Assembly (NCBI GenBank): GCA_003344405.1 | Contig: NOWV01000196.1 | Coordinates: forward strand, 62,001 to 126,000 | Length of the DNA: 64,000 nucleotides | Direction: 5' to 3' | Origin: Trichoplax sp. H2 | Lineage: Eukaryota | In this document: piece after piece, positions 1 through 11,816 of the stretch | Position numbering within the stretch: the first letter of the stretch is position 1 | How the letters are laid out: every line of letters begins with the position of its first letter | The notes under the pieces: generated by a model | The model's input: the letters and a program-made list of their open reading frames with translations, nothing else | The model's database searches: none | Told to the model about the DNA's origin: nothing | Position numbers and translations under genes: made by a program

Positions 1-2376
1 AATTACGGTAACTACGGCTGGTAGCATCCTGTATAACATCTGGATAAGATACCTTAGCTTGTATTGCTAAACTCGGATTTCCATTGCAGGATGGTGTAAT
101 CAATGGTTGTTGCTAATTCATTGCAGTCAAGTTACAGTTATTTTAATACAGAGATTCGAATTAAAGTATGCGTACTGTATTAGTGCTAATTCGTGAAGTA
201 TTTGATGTAGTTACAGTAATTAATTAATGTATGCCAACAGCCGTCAAAGGAGCAATCAGAAATAGCCTACTGTGAAAACACCTCTTCGTTGATGATCTTA
301 ACTTTCCTACATAAGACATAAATGGTTCCCATTTTTGGGGGAATTCTGTACGGTACCGTACTTCAATATATAGCCTAGGGGGAAAAATAGACTTAGCCTC
401 GAATAAAATCTACGGATTATTTGCTAAGTTGTAGCATTAGCCTGATGATAGATTTGATAACGAACTCTAGGTTAAATTTTTTATTTAGCTTAAATAATAT
501 TTTTAGTACCAATAAAAAAGCATTTTGAAATTTAAACTGCGTCCAACAAACGAACGAAATTTTAAAAGGCGATATTCTGCTACTAATTTGAAATTACTAC
601 AACAGGAGTAGTGGCTATTTCCTCTATAAATTCTGTGAAAAGAAAGTGCACTCAAAGACTTTCAATATTTGTGGGCGAACATGATAAGATTCGATTCCTA
701 GTTGTAGCCATTTTCCATATAGTATAAATTCTATGATTACGAAATGTAGTGATGATTTTATCGCAGCTTTATGGTAGAGAAGTTAACAATTTTAATCCGG
801 CTAACGCAACAAAGTCCTATTCTAATTGTACAGTATAGCTAGAACAGTTATCTACCATTGTAGGGTTGTATGACTGCAAAAATCTAATTATTTTTCGATA
901 CTGATACAGTATGCCCGCTCTCTATCCTCAATAACGACGTCCATAGTCGCATTAAGATCAAATCAACTAAAATATACAAGTAAATAATAATCAAGTTACA
1001 AATAATGTCATAACGATGCTACTTTCTCTAGCACAAATATTGCAAGAATTATACTTTGATAAAATGCTTAAAGAAAAGCTTAATTTTAAGCTGTTAAGGA
1101 ATCGATATTAAATTTATGGACTTTTCAACCAAACGCAATTAAGAGCATGAATAGTATATTATGTTTAGGTAATTATTTTCTATTCTATTCCGACTACTAT
1201 ATTCAAAGCAAATCTAGGATTTTCTGTTGCAATTTGCTGTTGCTAATTTCAGACTTCGAATGCATACGGCAACGTATCAATACTATATTATGGATGATCT
1301 ATTTAAACATGGATCATTTAAGTGGCTCATGCTTCCGATTAGTACAACAAGTGTTCTTAGCAAATACGAATGCATTTCTCTAGAGGAACTGGTTCATCTA
1401 GTTGTTAGCAGATTTAGCTTTGAAGATTTGCAAAAAAAATAAAGTTTTCCTCTAGATATTTACTAGCTTTGTGTCTAGATTATTTTTGACTTGAAATTAA
1501 AATCGCACGGCAGCAGTACGGAACTACAACTTTGATATTGCTGGCTGTCTATTTTCAATAAATATGTGCAGTATAATGTTAGGGTAGAAAATGTCGACCT
1601 ACGATTCAAACTTTCCGCTTGCACTTGATTTGCTAGAAATAGTAGATTGACATGAATGTTGGCAGAGTCATTGCAATATAAACGTGTTTTTGAAAATGCT
1701 TACCACTCTTGTATTAATACAATTGTAATAGCATTAATACTGAATATTGATGGCGATCTTAACAGCTATAGAAATCAAATCTTGTTGGTTTGTTTTGGGC
1801 TGTATTTCAGGAAAGTGAGATATCGCTTATTCGCTACTGAATAGCAGTAGAATGAAATATGACTCGTAGACAAGTACAGTAAATTATATTAATTTCTAGT
1901 CATCCGTAATGGATGCATCCAGTAGTACGGTAATTTATAAACTTAACAGTAGAGCAAATGTATAATTAGACCACCGTAACTTTCAGTACGCGGCTCTTTT
2001 TAATACAAATAGTAAAAATCTGAATACCGAATATCTTTTGTTTATAAATATACCTATAAATTAAGAATAAATTATCTGAAGTATTTCAATAATCTATTAG
2101 TATTAGGTCGACCGCACCTATATCATGCGGTTGTTCAAAGTTCAAAATAGTGTAATGCATGACTAACTTGCGTCGTAATGTTGACTACAGTTACGTCTTT
2201 CCTTAAAATGTATATAATCATGCCTGTAACAACATTCGCTTAATTTCCTAAGTGATGCAATTTTTTCTACTAAATCAACAATAACATTGGGTAATAGACA
2301 CAGAGAAGAGCTCTTTGGCCATTTTAAAAAAATGCGACCGAGTCATGTCTACGCATACTATGTTTACTCATTGGTG

Positions 2377-2639
2377 GGCTTGATGGCTATTTCATTGCTT
2401 GCTTTTATTTTAGTGAAAGTACTTTATACATGTTACACGTGTAGTAAATGTTATGTTTTAGTTGGGTCCTTGCTTCAGATCAGGTGTAAATTATACAGAA
2501 AGGTAATGCTTAGCAGACAGATGAATCGTTAAATATTTTTTGCTTATTGCACTTTTAACAGTTATTAATACTTCACGGCGAGCTTGTGGAGCTTGATGAC
2601 TATTTAATGGTTTCCTTTTATTTTAGTGAAATTAATTTA
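2377..2639. repeat. Degenerate direct repeat of about 50 bp (about 2377-2426 and 2590-2639)
   Basis: gcttgatg.ctattt.at.g.tt.cttttattttagtgaaa.ta.ttta occurs twice. Confidence 0.6.
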
Positions 2640-4147
2640 AACGTTTATCCCGTAGTTTGCTTTAATCCATTACAGATAGCTAGCAACAAGTCTATATAGA
2701 TATAAAATATAAGTTTAGATCAGGTCGTTCGATAACAATGGCTACCTATACTCGTACACTGCCCATTCCTACTAATCCTTGCTATGCTACAAAAGGTGCA
2801 ACATTATAGTTGTTCAAAATCTATTTCCCTTTATATTGGATATAATTTTAACATCTACAGTAATATTATAAAGCAATAGAAATAATTCTACCTCTACTTC
2901 ATTTATGATGTATGCTCTATTCCCTATTTTTTACCGGTACTTTAACTGTATACTAAACAGAGTATACTCAGTTCTGTACTGCTGCAGATTTATTTCAATA
3001 TCAGTACATACAGTACTATGCCCTAAAATGGCCATTTATAAGCAAATGATAAAGAAACCAATTACTGTGTAATGCTCGAGCTAGCTAATATTCGTTGAAG
3101 AAATGAAACATAAGCTCAGCCACTACATAGACAGTACTGTAGCATAGTGCATATTCTGCACTATACTAGGGATGTTCATTGTATTTGTTATGGTTATACT
3201 GTTGTTGCATTTGAAAGCACCTTTTCGTAGTATAAAAAACATGATATATTTCTTTACGACAGTGCTAACTTTGCTTATAAATTGTTGTATGTAAGGTTTT
3301 TCTTCAGTTTCATAGGTACAAGTATAATTGAATAATATTTGTTGTTAAAAATAACATTAGTCGGAATAAATGCAGACTTTAAATATATTACAATACTTAT
3401 AGATCAATTTAAGCCTCTTCAGTTACATTATACAGTATACTCTGTTGCCTTTACGAATACGCTTAGACCTTCTCTTCTATCGTATTGGTGCATTAAAAAA
3501 TGTAAAATTCGTGCTGGTGTATTTCAAGTTCAGAGTGTGTTGCAGATGTAATGCAAAATTAAAAATTTCACCAAATAGCATACAAGTTAATAACATAGAA
3601 CATCAAGCTAACTTGTGTGCCTGAATTTAAAGAGGTACTGCAGCTGCTATTACTGGATGATTAGCTGTAAGTGAGACAAAAATTGTAATACGTGTAATAG
3701 CGGATTGCAACCATAGCATAGATATACCTCAACCTTAGAAGTGACTACGATGCAATAAAATCCAATTATCGTATCATAAATTATTTCGTACAGTCAATTA
3801 TGACTCCATATCATTACCGAATGATAGGGTAATTGCTGGGATAGTTCAAGTTGCCGAATAGCAGTTCTTTTTAGTCTTTACATCAGTTTTACAAATGAAC
3901 TGTGGCTGGATATCGAGAACGATCACTAACTAATAACGAAGCATGACGATAAAACAAATTGATTATTAAAAGAGTTAATTTTTATTTTTAGAATTCTGTT
4001 GTTCATAAAAGCAATGAAAGAGAGTAAGGTTGTAAAGTAATTACTCCACTCAGCGCGTATAATTGAAATATGTTAATTCAGTATAGCAAAACTATTAGCA
4101 ATAAAACTGAAAGCCTAAGGCTTTATGTATGATTAATAACAATATAG

Positions 4148-6175
4148 TTATTTAGTGAGAAGTTCATCCCAGTCACTCCAAAATTCCGCCTTAAGCCGAT
4201 CAGTATATTCAACTAAATTTGGAAACTTATCACGGAGCATGATGTTTGGCCAGCTTTGTGGATTCAGTCCATAGACAATATTCGCTAGGTAACCGAATAA
4301 AGCACAATCATACGAAGTAGGCCTATCACCAAGTATATAATGCTTGTCTCCAAGTATTGTCGAAATTGCCTGTAGATCTCCTTCAGTGATATGTCTAATC
4401 TCTTCATCAGAATGCTTATCCATTCCATGACTTTTCAGATTTTTACCTAATCGACTCTTGAAACTCCATAGAAATAGATTTCTCACTATCCAGGATATAG
4501 ATTTGGCGGTCGAAAAAAACCACTCGCTATCTTCAAAGATTCTGTTACGAGCCACTGTAATGCTAATATATAATTTGATTTAAAATATCAGTTACAGTTT
4601 AAAGTGCATTACACCGCAAAAGAACGATTTCTATCAGAAGTCACATGTTGAATGTATAAGTAATATTAGAATGGACATATGCTATCGAATCGAGCTCTCG
4701 TTAACTGGGAAATCGAAAATCTGACGGGACTGTGATAAGTAAATGACCAGCATTAAATATTGAGATTTAACATTCGTGAAATTATGCTGTCGATGATGTA
4801 CAATTTTCTATAGCCTTATACTGTACTTCCTTAAGCGAAGAGTACGTTTCTTCAGGGTTTATTTCTTTAGACTGTTTCATTGCCATACTCTGACTGTTTA
4901 ACTGTGTTAATGGATGATTTATTCATAAACAGATATAATTCTGTAGCAAGAAATTAGGCTACTCGAAGCTAAGAGTATTAATAGATTGTCCATTCTTTCC
5001 CTTACAATATTGTAATTGCGTATGACAGTACCAGATTCCCAGTATTCTAGATATAAATGTGCATAAAGTTAGTTAAAGTTAATTTGCCATTAATGCTAAT
5101 TGAGAACAATACAAATCTTTAGTAGGGTTGCTAGTATTAACTTTAGATAATGATACACAACCTTTATTTCTTGCGTATCATTATACAGAATGTACTGTGC
5201 TACCGTAGTGCAATGATTGCTCGGTTGTACAGTAGATAAAAGGAAGTTACCAGCAATCTGCTTAGTACACCATCTTGGTAATTTGTAGCAGTGCATCCTA
5301 TCTACGGGTGAGCAAAGACTGTAAGAGCATGGTATGGCGATTTAAGAGGATATCAGTCCCTGATACTAGATTGATTGCAAAATTATGACGATAATGTGCA
5401 AGACAGTAGTGTCAAAGGGATCTGTACTTGTGCATTAGTTAGGTGTACGGTAGGTGGCACAAATCCAGAAGTAATTATCTACAGGTATTGCAATAGAGAG
5501 AATTTGATTACTTAAAGTCAGTTAATACTAGCAGTTTTCAAGGCAATTAATACAGTATAGTGTGCTGCATGAAGGCATGTTGAACTCATCCGTTTACCGA
5601 CAACATCTGCAGGTGTTTAATCACAAATTTGGTTCAGGAAAAGTTTCTTATACTCAAGCAATTGCATCCATATTGCCAGATAGTAAAAAATAGTTACAAC
5701 ATAAAACTTGAATAATAAATTAAGCTACTACTTTATCACCATTGATAACTTACTAGACAGTGTTTTCTTCAAAAGTTTTCTGCACCACTCTGCCAAGAGC
5801 TCGTTCTTCCTCACTGAGATGTTCATCTAATGTGATCTTGAAATAGTCTGTTAAATATTCGATGATAAATGAAGAGTCCGTATGAGCTTTACCATCGATT
5901 TCTATCCAAGGGGCCTTTTGTTTTGGGCCTAACGGTTGATCGTAATCATTTTCGTAAGGTATTCCGGTTAATCGAAAAAATGTTAGCAATTTTAAAGCAA
6001 AAGGCGAAGGACTAAGAATAGTTGATGTCGATGGGAAATGATGCAATAAGACAACTCCAGGGTCTACCGTTTTAGCATTCTTTTTAAAAAATTTGATTGC
6101 AAGGTAGCCTAGCAGACCTGCAGCAGCAGTTCCAGCTAAGACATACTTCGTGTCAACAGTACTTAAAGATGTCAT
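4148..6175 (-). CDS. Failed axon connections (FAX/FAXC)/metaxin-like GST-fold protein, paralog 1; 2 exons (6175-5754, 4562-4148), 278 aa
   Basis: Exon 1 has an N-terminal hydrophobic anchor and the GST-N-like motifs SPSPFALKLLTFFRLTGIPY, GPKQKAPWIE and DSSFIIEYL. Exon 2 has the GST-C-like motif DLQAISTILGDKHYILGDRPTSYDCALFGYLANI...FPNLVEYTDRLKAEFWSDW. The phase-2 GTAAGT...TAG intron joins in frame (837 nt). Confidence 0.9.
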
Positions 6176-8724
6176 TATGTTTAAATGGATGGCGACTCTG
6201 ACTATCCAGAAAGGAAGAGTAGTATCGAAAAATGAAAAGTCTTGGCCAGCAGTAATACTAGATGATCAGTCTGCAGGATGCAGCTTCGACAGGTTCTACT
6301 GACAGTCAAAACGTCAGAAATCCTGCGCAATGCAAGCGTTAAATATAGAGAAGTTCATCCTGTCCGTTACTAATGTACTTTTACTGAGAGTTGATTTTGA
6401 CGTAAGATTACAAAAGACGGCGAGGTAATACTCCATTGTTGCAACAGCTCCAAAAATTTACATCACAAATAATACTCGAATGAAATTCTTGAGAGTAGAG
6501 GGATTATAATCTCGGCAGCTATTTCAAATAGTGCTAAATTATTGAATGATGAGCGTTTATGATTAATAATTATAGTGCAGCCCCAAATTAGATTAAGATC
6601 AGTAAAATTATAGGGCATATACAAAAACCAAACTTTGCTGTACAACATCACAAAGTTAATGCTAATTTTGAGGCTGTTTTATACTATGATTGGTTTTTGT
6701 AGATACCCTAAAGTTATATTATGACTTGCACACAGGGCTCCAAACAATGATATTATTTACTGTGCTTGAGTTGTCTACCCCAATATTTAATTGTGTTCGT
6801 CTTTGCCGTTTCAAAGTTTCAATTTTGCCTTCATTTTTGCTTTTGCGATCAATTGAATGCATATGAAATAGCTCTAGAACCTACTGTGAAGATCATGACT
6901 CCGTACTGTGTAGCACCCAATTGAATTTATCCAATTGTCCTATGTATTGTGGAATAATCGTTGCGGTATAAATTAATTTAATTAAGTTATCGATTTTTAT
7001 TACACAACTACAATACTTTAGAGTAAAAGTATGGAAGGCAAGATCAGATAGTGCAAGGATATACTGTCGATCGTTTGTATCACTCATATATTCGAAATGT
7101 CCGATTGGATGGCGATCTACCGACAAATACTTCCGCAGTTCATCGTGAAGGTTATGTCAGATTTATTTAACGAATTTCTGCAAGGATAGGGTTGTTGGGA
7201 CGAAATTTATCTGAATTCGTCTGGTATAGACACTATACAGTATGTGTCTTGGAGTTTTATTACACTGGGAAAAGTAATTTTATAGTCCATAAGACGACAT
7301 CAGATTTGCGTATTTTAATGGATTTCTACTCAACGTCTTCGTTTGTACGAAATGAGATTTTCGTTAGTTATGCATTACAGTATAAGCTCTTAACTTATTC
7401 TGTTAGACTTACTGTAGCATATTCACTTAGGCATAAAATTTACAGCAAGTCCGTAGAACTCTCTTCAGGAGATTTCTAGCGAGTCATCCGTATTACAAAG
7501 TAGAAGGGTTCGAAAACCTAACAACTGACAAATAAGTAATTACTTTGTGGTCCATTGAGAAGATTATATCAGTTTTTAATTTAATTTAAATAAATTTTTG
7601 TATTAATGCAATCAATCAAATTAGACTCATCTGAGTTAAGTTGAGATATCGTACAGGACACTATATAGTATATGCCTAAACTAAACTGATTATACCCGCA
7701 AAACACGTACCATGTAAATACCGGGCTATCACATAAAGAAATCAAGATAAATATTCTTCTATTAGTTTATAATTGATTTAATCAGTGATAGATGGGACCT
7801 TGCCTTGCTACCGTAGCGGTAGCTGCATACCATAATCATACAGTATAATAATCAATGAGATGAGTTCTAATGGCTACTAAACAAATAATGCTATATTATT
7901 GAACGGCGTTTTTCGAATTATGAAACTCTAATGATACTCCAATTGTACGTAATCATGCCGCCTAAGTCAGTACGATGTACTACTTATTTGGTATTAATAT
8001 TCCAGGAATCAAAGTTGTAGATTTTAAACAGAATCGTACACAGACGTACATATTTAATTCATATAGTTGAACTCCTTTGAAAAGCTAAATTATGAACTAG
8101 TGTTGAATATATACGTATCATAATGAATATTTATACACAACTTACTACATATGCGCATACAGCGTATATCTTACAAGATTGCAATGTAGCAATACTTAAT
8201 CATCTTGCCAAAATATTGTATCTATACTTCTTAGATATTTATAGTAACTGGTAACTGACTAGCTTCATTTATACCTGTAAGCAAACTAGTCAAACTTAAA
8301 TTCATATTTTTCTTTTCTTTTGTAATAACGAGATGTTGCAGTATAGTGATATCGGAAGCTTCAATCGGATTTTTACCAAAGTTGTCTTACAGAGACAAAA
8401 GGTCTTAAGGAGGCATGGATCATAGTAAAGTGTGAAACAAGATGGTACAATCTGCAGCTTGTTGCAATGCACATAGTGCTGTACTTATATATCCATAAAT
8501 CATGATCTATTCATTATATTAGTTTAAATTTTCGTTTGATGTTTAAAAATTATTAAGCTGTAGATTGAATGCAAATATCGCTACCATCGCATCATATATT
8601 TGGAATATATCATCTAGTATTATGGCTACTATGTCAAGTGCCATTATTGTTTGCATGTGCCTGTCGAGCGCATATTAATCTGGAATGCTAATCAAAGTGA
8701 GTGCTAAAAGAAGGTTGGTTAAAG

Positions 8725-9865
8725 TTAGTGAACGCATCGCTGCTCCCAATCAGGCCAAAAGTTGCTCTTTATTCTTTCTACATAACTATTTAAATTCGGT
8801 AAATAGTCCTTTACGTATAAAGTTAGCGAGGACTCAGGTGGATTACCGTAAATAATATTAGAGATGATGCCAAACATGGCTGCATCAATTGTGGATGGTT
8901 GATCGCCAAACATATATTTTTTATGCCCGAGCACAGCCGAAACTGCTTTAAGATCTCCAATGGCGATTGATTGAATTTCTTCAGTTGAATGTCTGCCTAT
9001 TCCATGCTTCTTCATGTCTTTGTGCACTTTTCCAGCAAGAACATAACGAAAGATAAGGTATAAGTAGCTGGGCAAGTTTGCAGCTTTTAAGGTATGAGAG
9101 ATGTGAGCTGAATTTTGAAATCGCACGTTAGTAATGCTGGCCCTAAAATTGTGAACGAGTTCATTTGAAATAACATTCATCAGTGCCGTTTGCGAGTGAT
9201 ATCGCTATTGATATTTTGTGTGTTATGGTAAGTGTCAGTAATTGTTACAGTATCGTACAGTGATGTTGACAATAAGTTTACATTATAAAAGCTATTCTGT
9301 GTCTGTACAGAATACTAATTTTGCTCAATTATTACTGTGTGCGTAGACAGCTACTAGTAGAACTTCTTATAATACCAAGTGTACGATCAAGTAAATATAA
9401 AAATTGCACACGATAAAGCACGCTCGATTCAAGCTGACATACTAGACCTTACCATCTGGTATTTTCCTCCATCATTCTTTTCAATGCATGAGCTTTAGCC
9501 CTATCCTCATCGCTAAGATCTTTATCCAAATCTACTTGAAAGAATTCGTTTAAGTGATCCATTATAAAATTAGTATCTTCAATTTCCTCTCCATTTAATT
9601 CAATCCATGGAATTTTTCCCTTTCTCTTTCCAAATGTCATACTAAAATCATTGCAATATTTAATCTTTGCCATCCTGAGGTATGTTTCTAATTTCATGAC
9701 GAAAGGCGAGCAACTGGGCAAGGGTCTGCATGCATTAAATTGATGTAATCTGACCACGTTCGTAGGTAGCGGTTCCCTCTTTGCTCGATTGTTACCAAAG
9801 TAAATTTTTAGTAACAGTACTATAACGACAGCACTAATAATGGCTATAGGAAATAATGATGACAT
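8725..9865 (-). CDS. FAX/FAXC/metaxin-like GST-fold protein, paralog 2; 2 exons (9865-9453, 9142-8725), 276 aa
   Basis: N-terminal TM segment, SCSPFVMKLETYLRMAKIKY, KGKIPWIELNGEEIEDTNFI, and C-terminal DLKAVSAVLGHKKYMFGDQPSTIDAAMFG...FWPDW. The phase-2 GT-AG intron joins in frame (831 nt). Confidence 0.9.
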
Positions 9866-10114
9866 GTTTTCGTTCTTGAACTCAACGCCACAGGAATCTA
9901 AAAAAGGTTTTAGAACCTATCATAGAAGCGTACATAGACATATATAGTACTGGTGTTATTTTATACCCAATGAAATTGGGGAGCTCTGCTGCAGTCTAGC
10001 TCCAAAAGATGCAGCGGCGTGGTTTGTTTACATTTGCTCGCTTTGTTTTGGTGTCCTTTCTTGCTCTTGCATAGTATTGTACTGTACAGTGTACTGTACG
10101 CCAGAAAAAACGAA

Positions 10115-10140
10115 AAATAAAATAAAAAATAAATAAAAAA
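10115..10140 (-). terminator. RNA polymerase III oligo(T) terminator of the tRNA-Glu gene
   Basis: T6 run starting about 9 nt downstream of the tRNA 3' end on the minus strand, followed by further T runs. Confidence 0.7.
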
Positions 10141-10148
10141 TAAACTGG

Positions 10149-10220
10149 TTCCCACACCGGGAATCGAACCCGGGCCGCCTGGGTGAAAGCCAGGAATCCT
10201 AACCACTAGACCATATGGGA
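10149..10220 (-). tRNA. tRNA-Glu (anticodon TTC)
   Basis: Minus strand reads TCCCATATGGTCTAGTGGTTAGGATTCCTGGCTTTCACCCAGGCGGCCCGGGTTCGATTCCCGGTGTGGGAA (72 nt). Acceptor stem TCCCATA/TGTGGGA, anticodon arm CCTGG-CT TTC AC-CCAGG, T-loop GTTCGATTC. Confidence 0.97.
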
Positions 10221-10347
10221 TAACCACTGAATGTATATGTAAGTTTACATTATTTAAATAAATACAATCAATCGTTTTCCAAAATAAAAAAGAAAGAAAA
10301 AAAGAAAATAAATCAATAAAAACAGGAATTTTAGGTTGGGGCCTATG

Positions 10348-10765
10348 GGTACAGTATCACTGCAGAAGCATGTACTGTACTGTACTGTATTGTATTGCAT
10401 TGCCAGGGAGTGCCATCTACTGTACACTGTACAGTACAGTAAGGTAAAACTAAAAATTCCCCTAAAGCGGGTACAGCGGGTAATGGAGGAAAATAAAATT
10501 TTATTGTGGAATAACGGTACAGTACAGTACTGTACTGGTACTGTGTGACTTTACAGTACAGTATGTACTGTACTGTACTGTACTGTACAGTTGAAAATTG
10601 ATAGAACTCCTTAGGCGTTACCCATACAGCATCTACTGTACTGTAGTCTACTGTACTGTACAGTACAGTACTGTACAGTGCGCTGCGAGGTGAAGATCTC
10701 ATTCTGGCTGTACAGTACTTAAGTACAGTACAGTACTGTAGCATGATTGAAGACTGTACTGTACG
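10348..10765. repeat. (TACAG/CTGTA)n pentamer-rich palindromic island upstream of ataxin-2
   Basis: Many tactgtactgtac / cagtacagtac runs in both orientations. A smaller patch lies at 10076-10100, upstream of FAX paralog 2. Confidence 0.85.
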
Positions 10766-11816
10766 TTGTAGTAAAAGCGACATTTATACACTGGGATTTG
10801 GGCGCTCATGACATAGGCAAGCGTTTAGGCTTGACCGAGATCGCTTCTTTCTAATGATGTTACAGTAATAATCTTAAATTATATCTAATACGCGTAAAAC
10901 TACTTCATCAAATACAGTAGAATTTCAATTTGAAAGACTTTTTCCTGACATTATTTTGTTTAAACACATCGTACATCGTAGGTTTTATTAATTAATAAAG
11001 CCTGTAGCAGTTAATGTGAATCTAGCTCGCTTGAACTATTGACGTGGTGACGCAACTGGAGAAGAATCCAACTTGGTAAAGTTTGTAAACTCTGGAATCG
11101 CAGGTACTATGCTGTATACTGTATAGTAAGCCTTGTGCAATGACGCATATACTAGATATATTCATACAATGTGTTTATAAATGTTAGAGCATAACTCCTG
11201 TTTTAACCGACTAAAGGCTGTAATCTCAGTCTTTAAAGTCATGAAATACTACTATATTCATGTGGATAGTACTATATACAGTCTTATACTTTCGTAAGCC
11301 ATTGTATGGAAAGCACTATCAACTCTGTGATGCTCGCTTGATTAGAAGCGATCGATAGAAATAGTTGACCAATACGTAATATTATTCTAATTGAAGAAAA
11401 TGAATTTATCTTTTGCATTATTACAAAGTCATTCTTTGTAGTGCCGAAGCATTAGTTACTACATTTATAAAGTGCTATACATTAGAATAAATAAAAAGTA
11501 AAATGACACCATAAACGTATGATTTAGTGTAGTGTACTGTTTTACAAACTACTAGAAAATACGACGATAATCATCAGGAAAGATTCACGAATACGGCGCT
11601 GCCGTGCTACTACAGTACTATGAGCGGAGTTATCATCATGTAGTGATATTTGCGTTATGTATAATAGAGTATATGTACTTTATGTAGACATAAGCCGTCT
11701 AAGTATTTTAAAGTAATCTTGAAATTTCTTCGTTTTAGTCACATCGTTATCCGTCGATTACTTTGATCTAAAATTAAAATTGGCCGAAAGGGGTTAATTT
11801 CGATTTAGACAACAGG

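Noticed and set aside
1..4100. Short ORFs in the first 4 kb
   Set aside because: Random-like composition with no motifs; treated as intergenic DNA or 3' UTR.
9961..10227. 88-aa ORF MVIPYGLVVRIPGFHPGGPGSIPGVG...
   Set aside because: Read-through translation of the tRNA-Glu gene.
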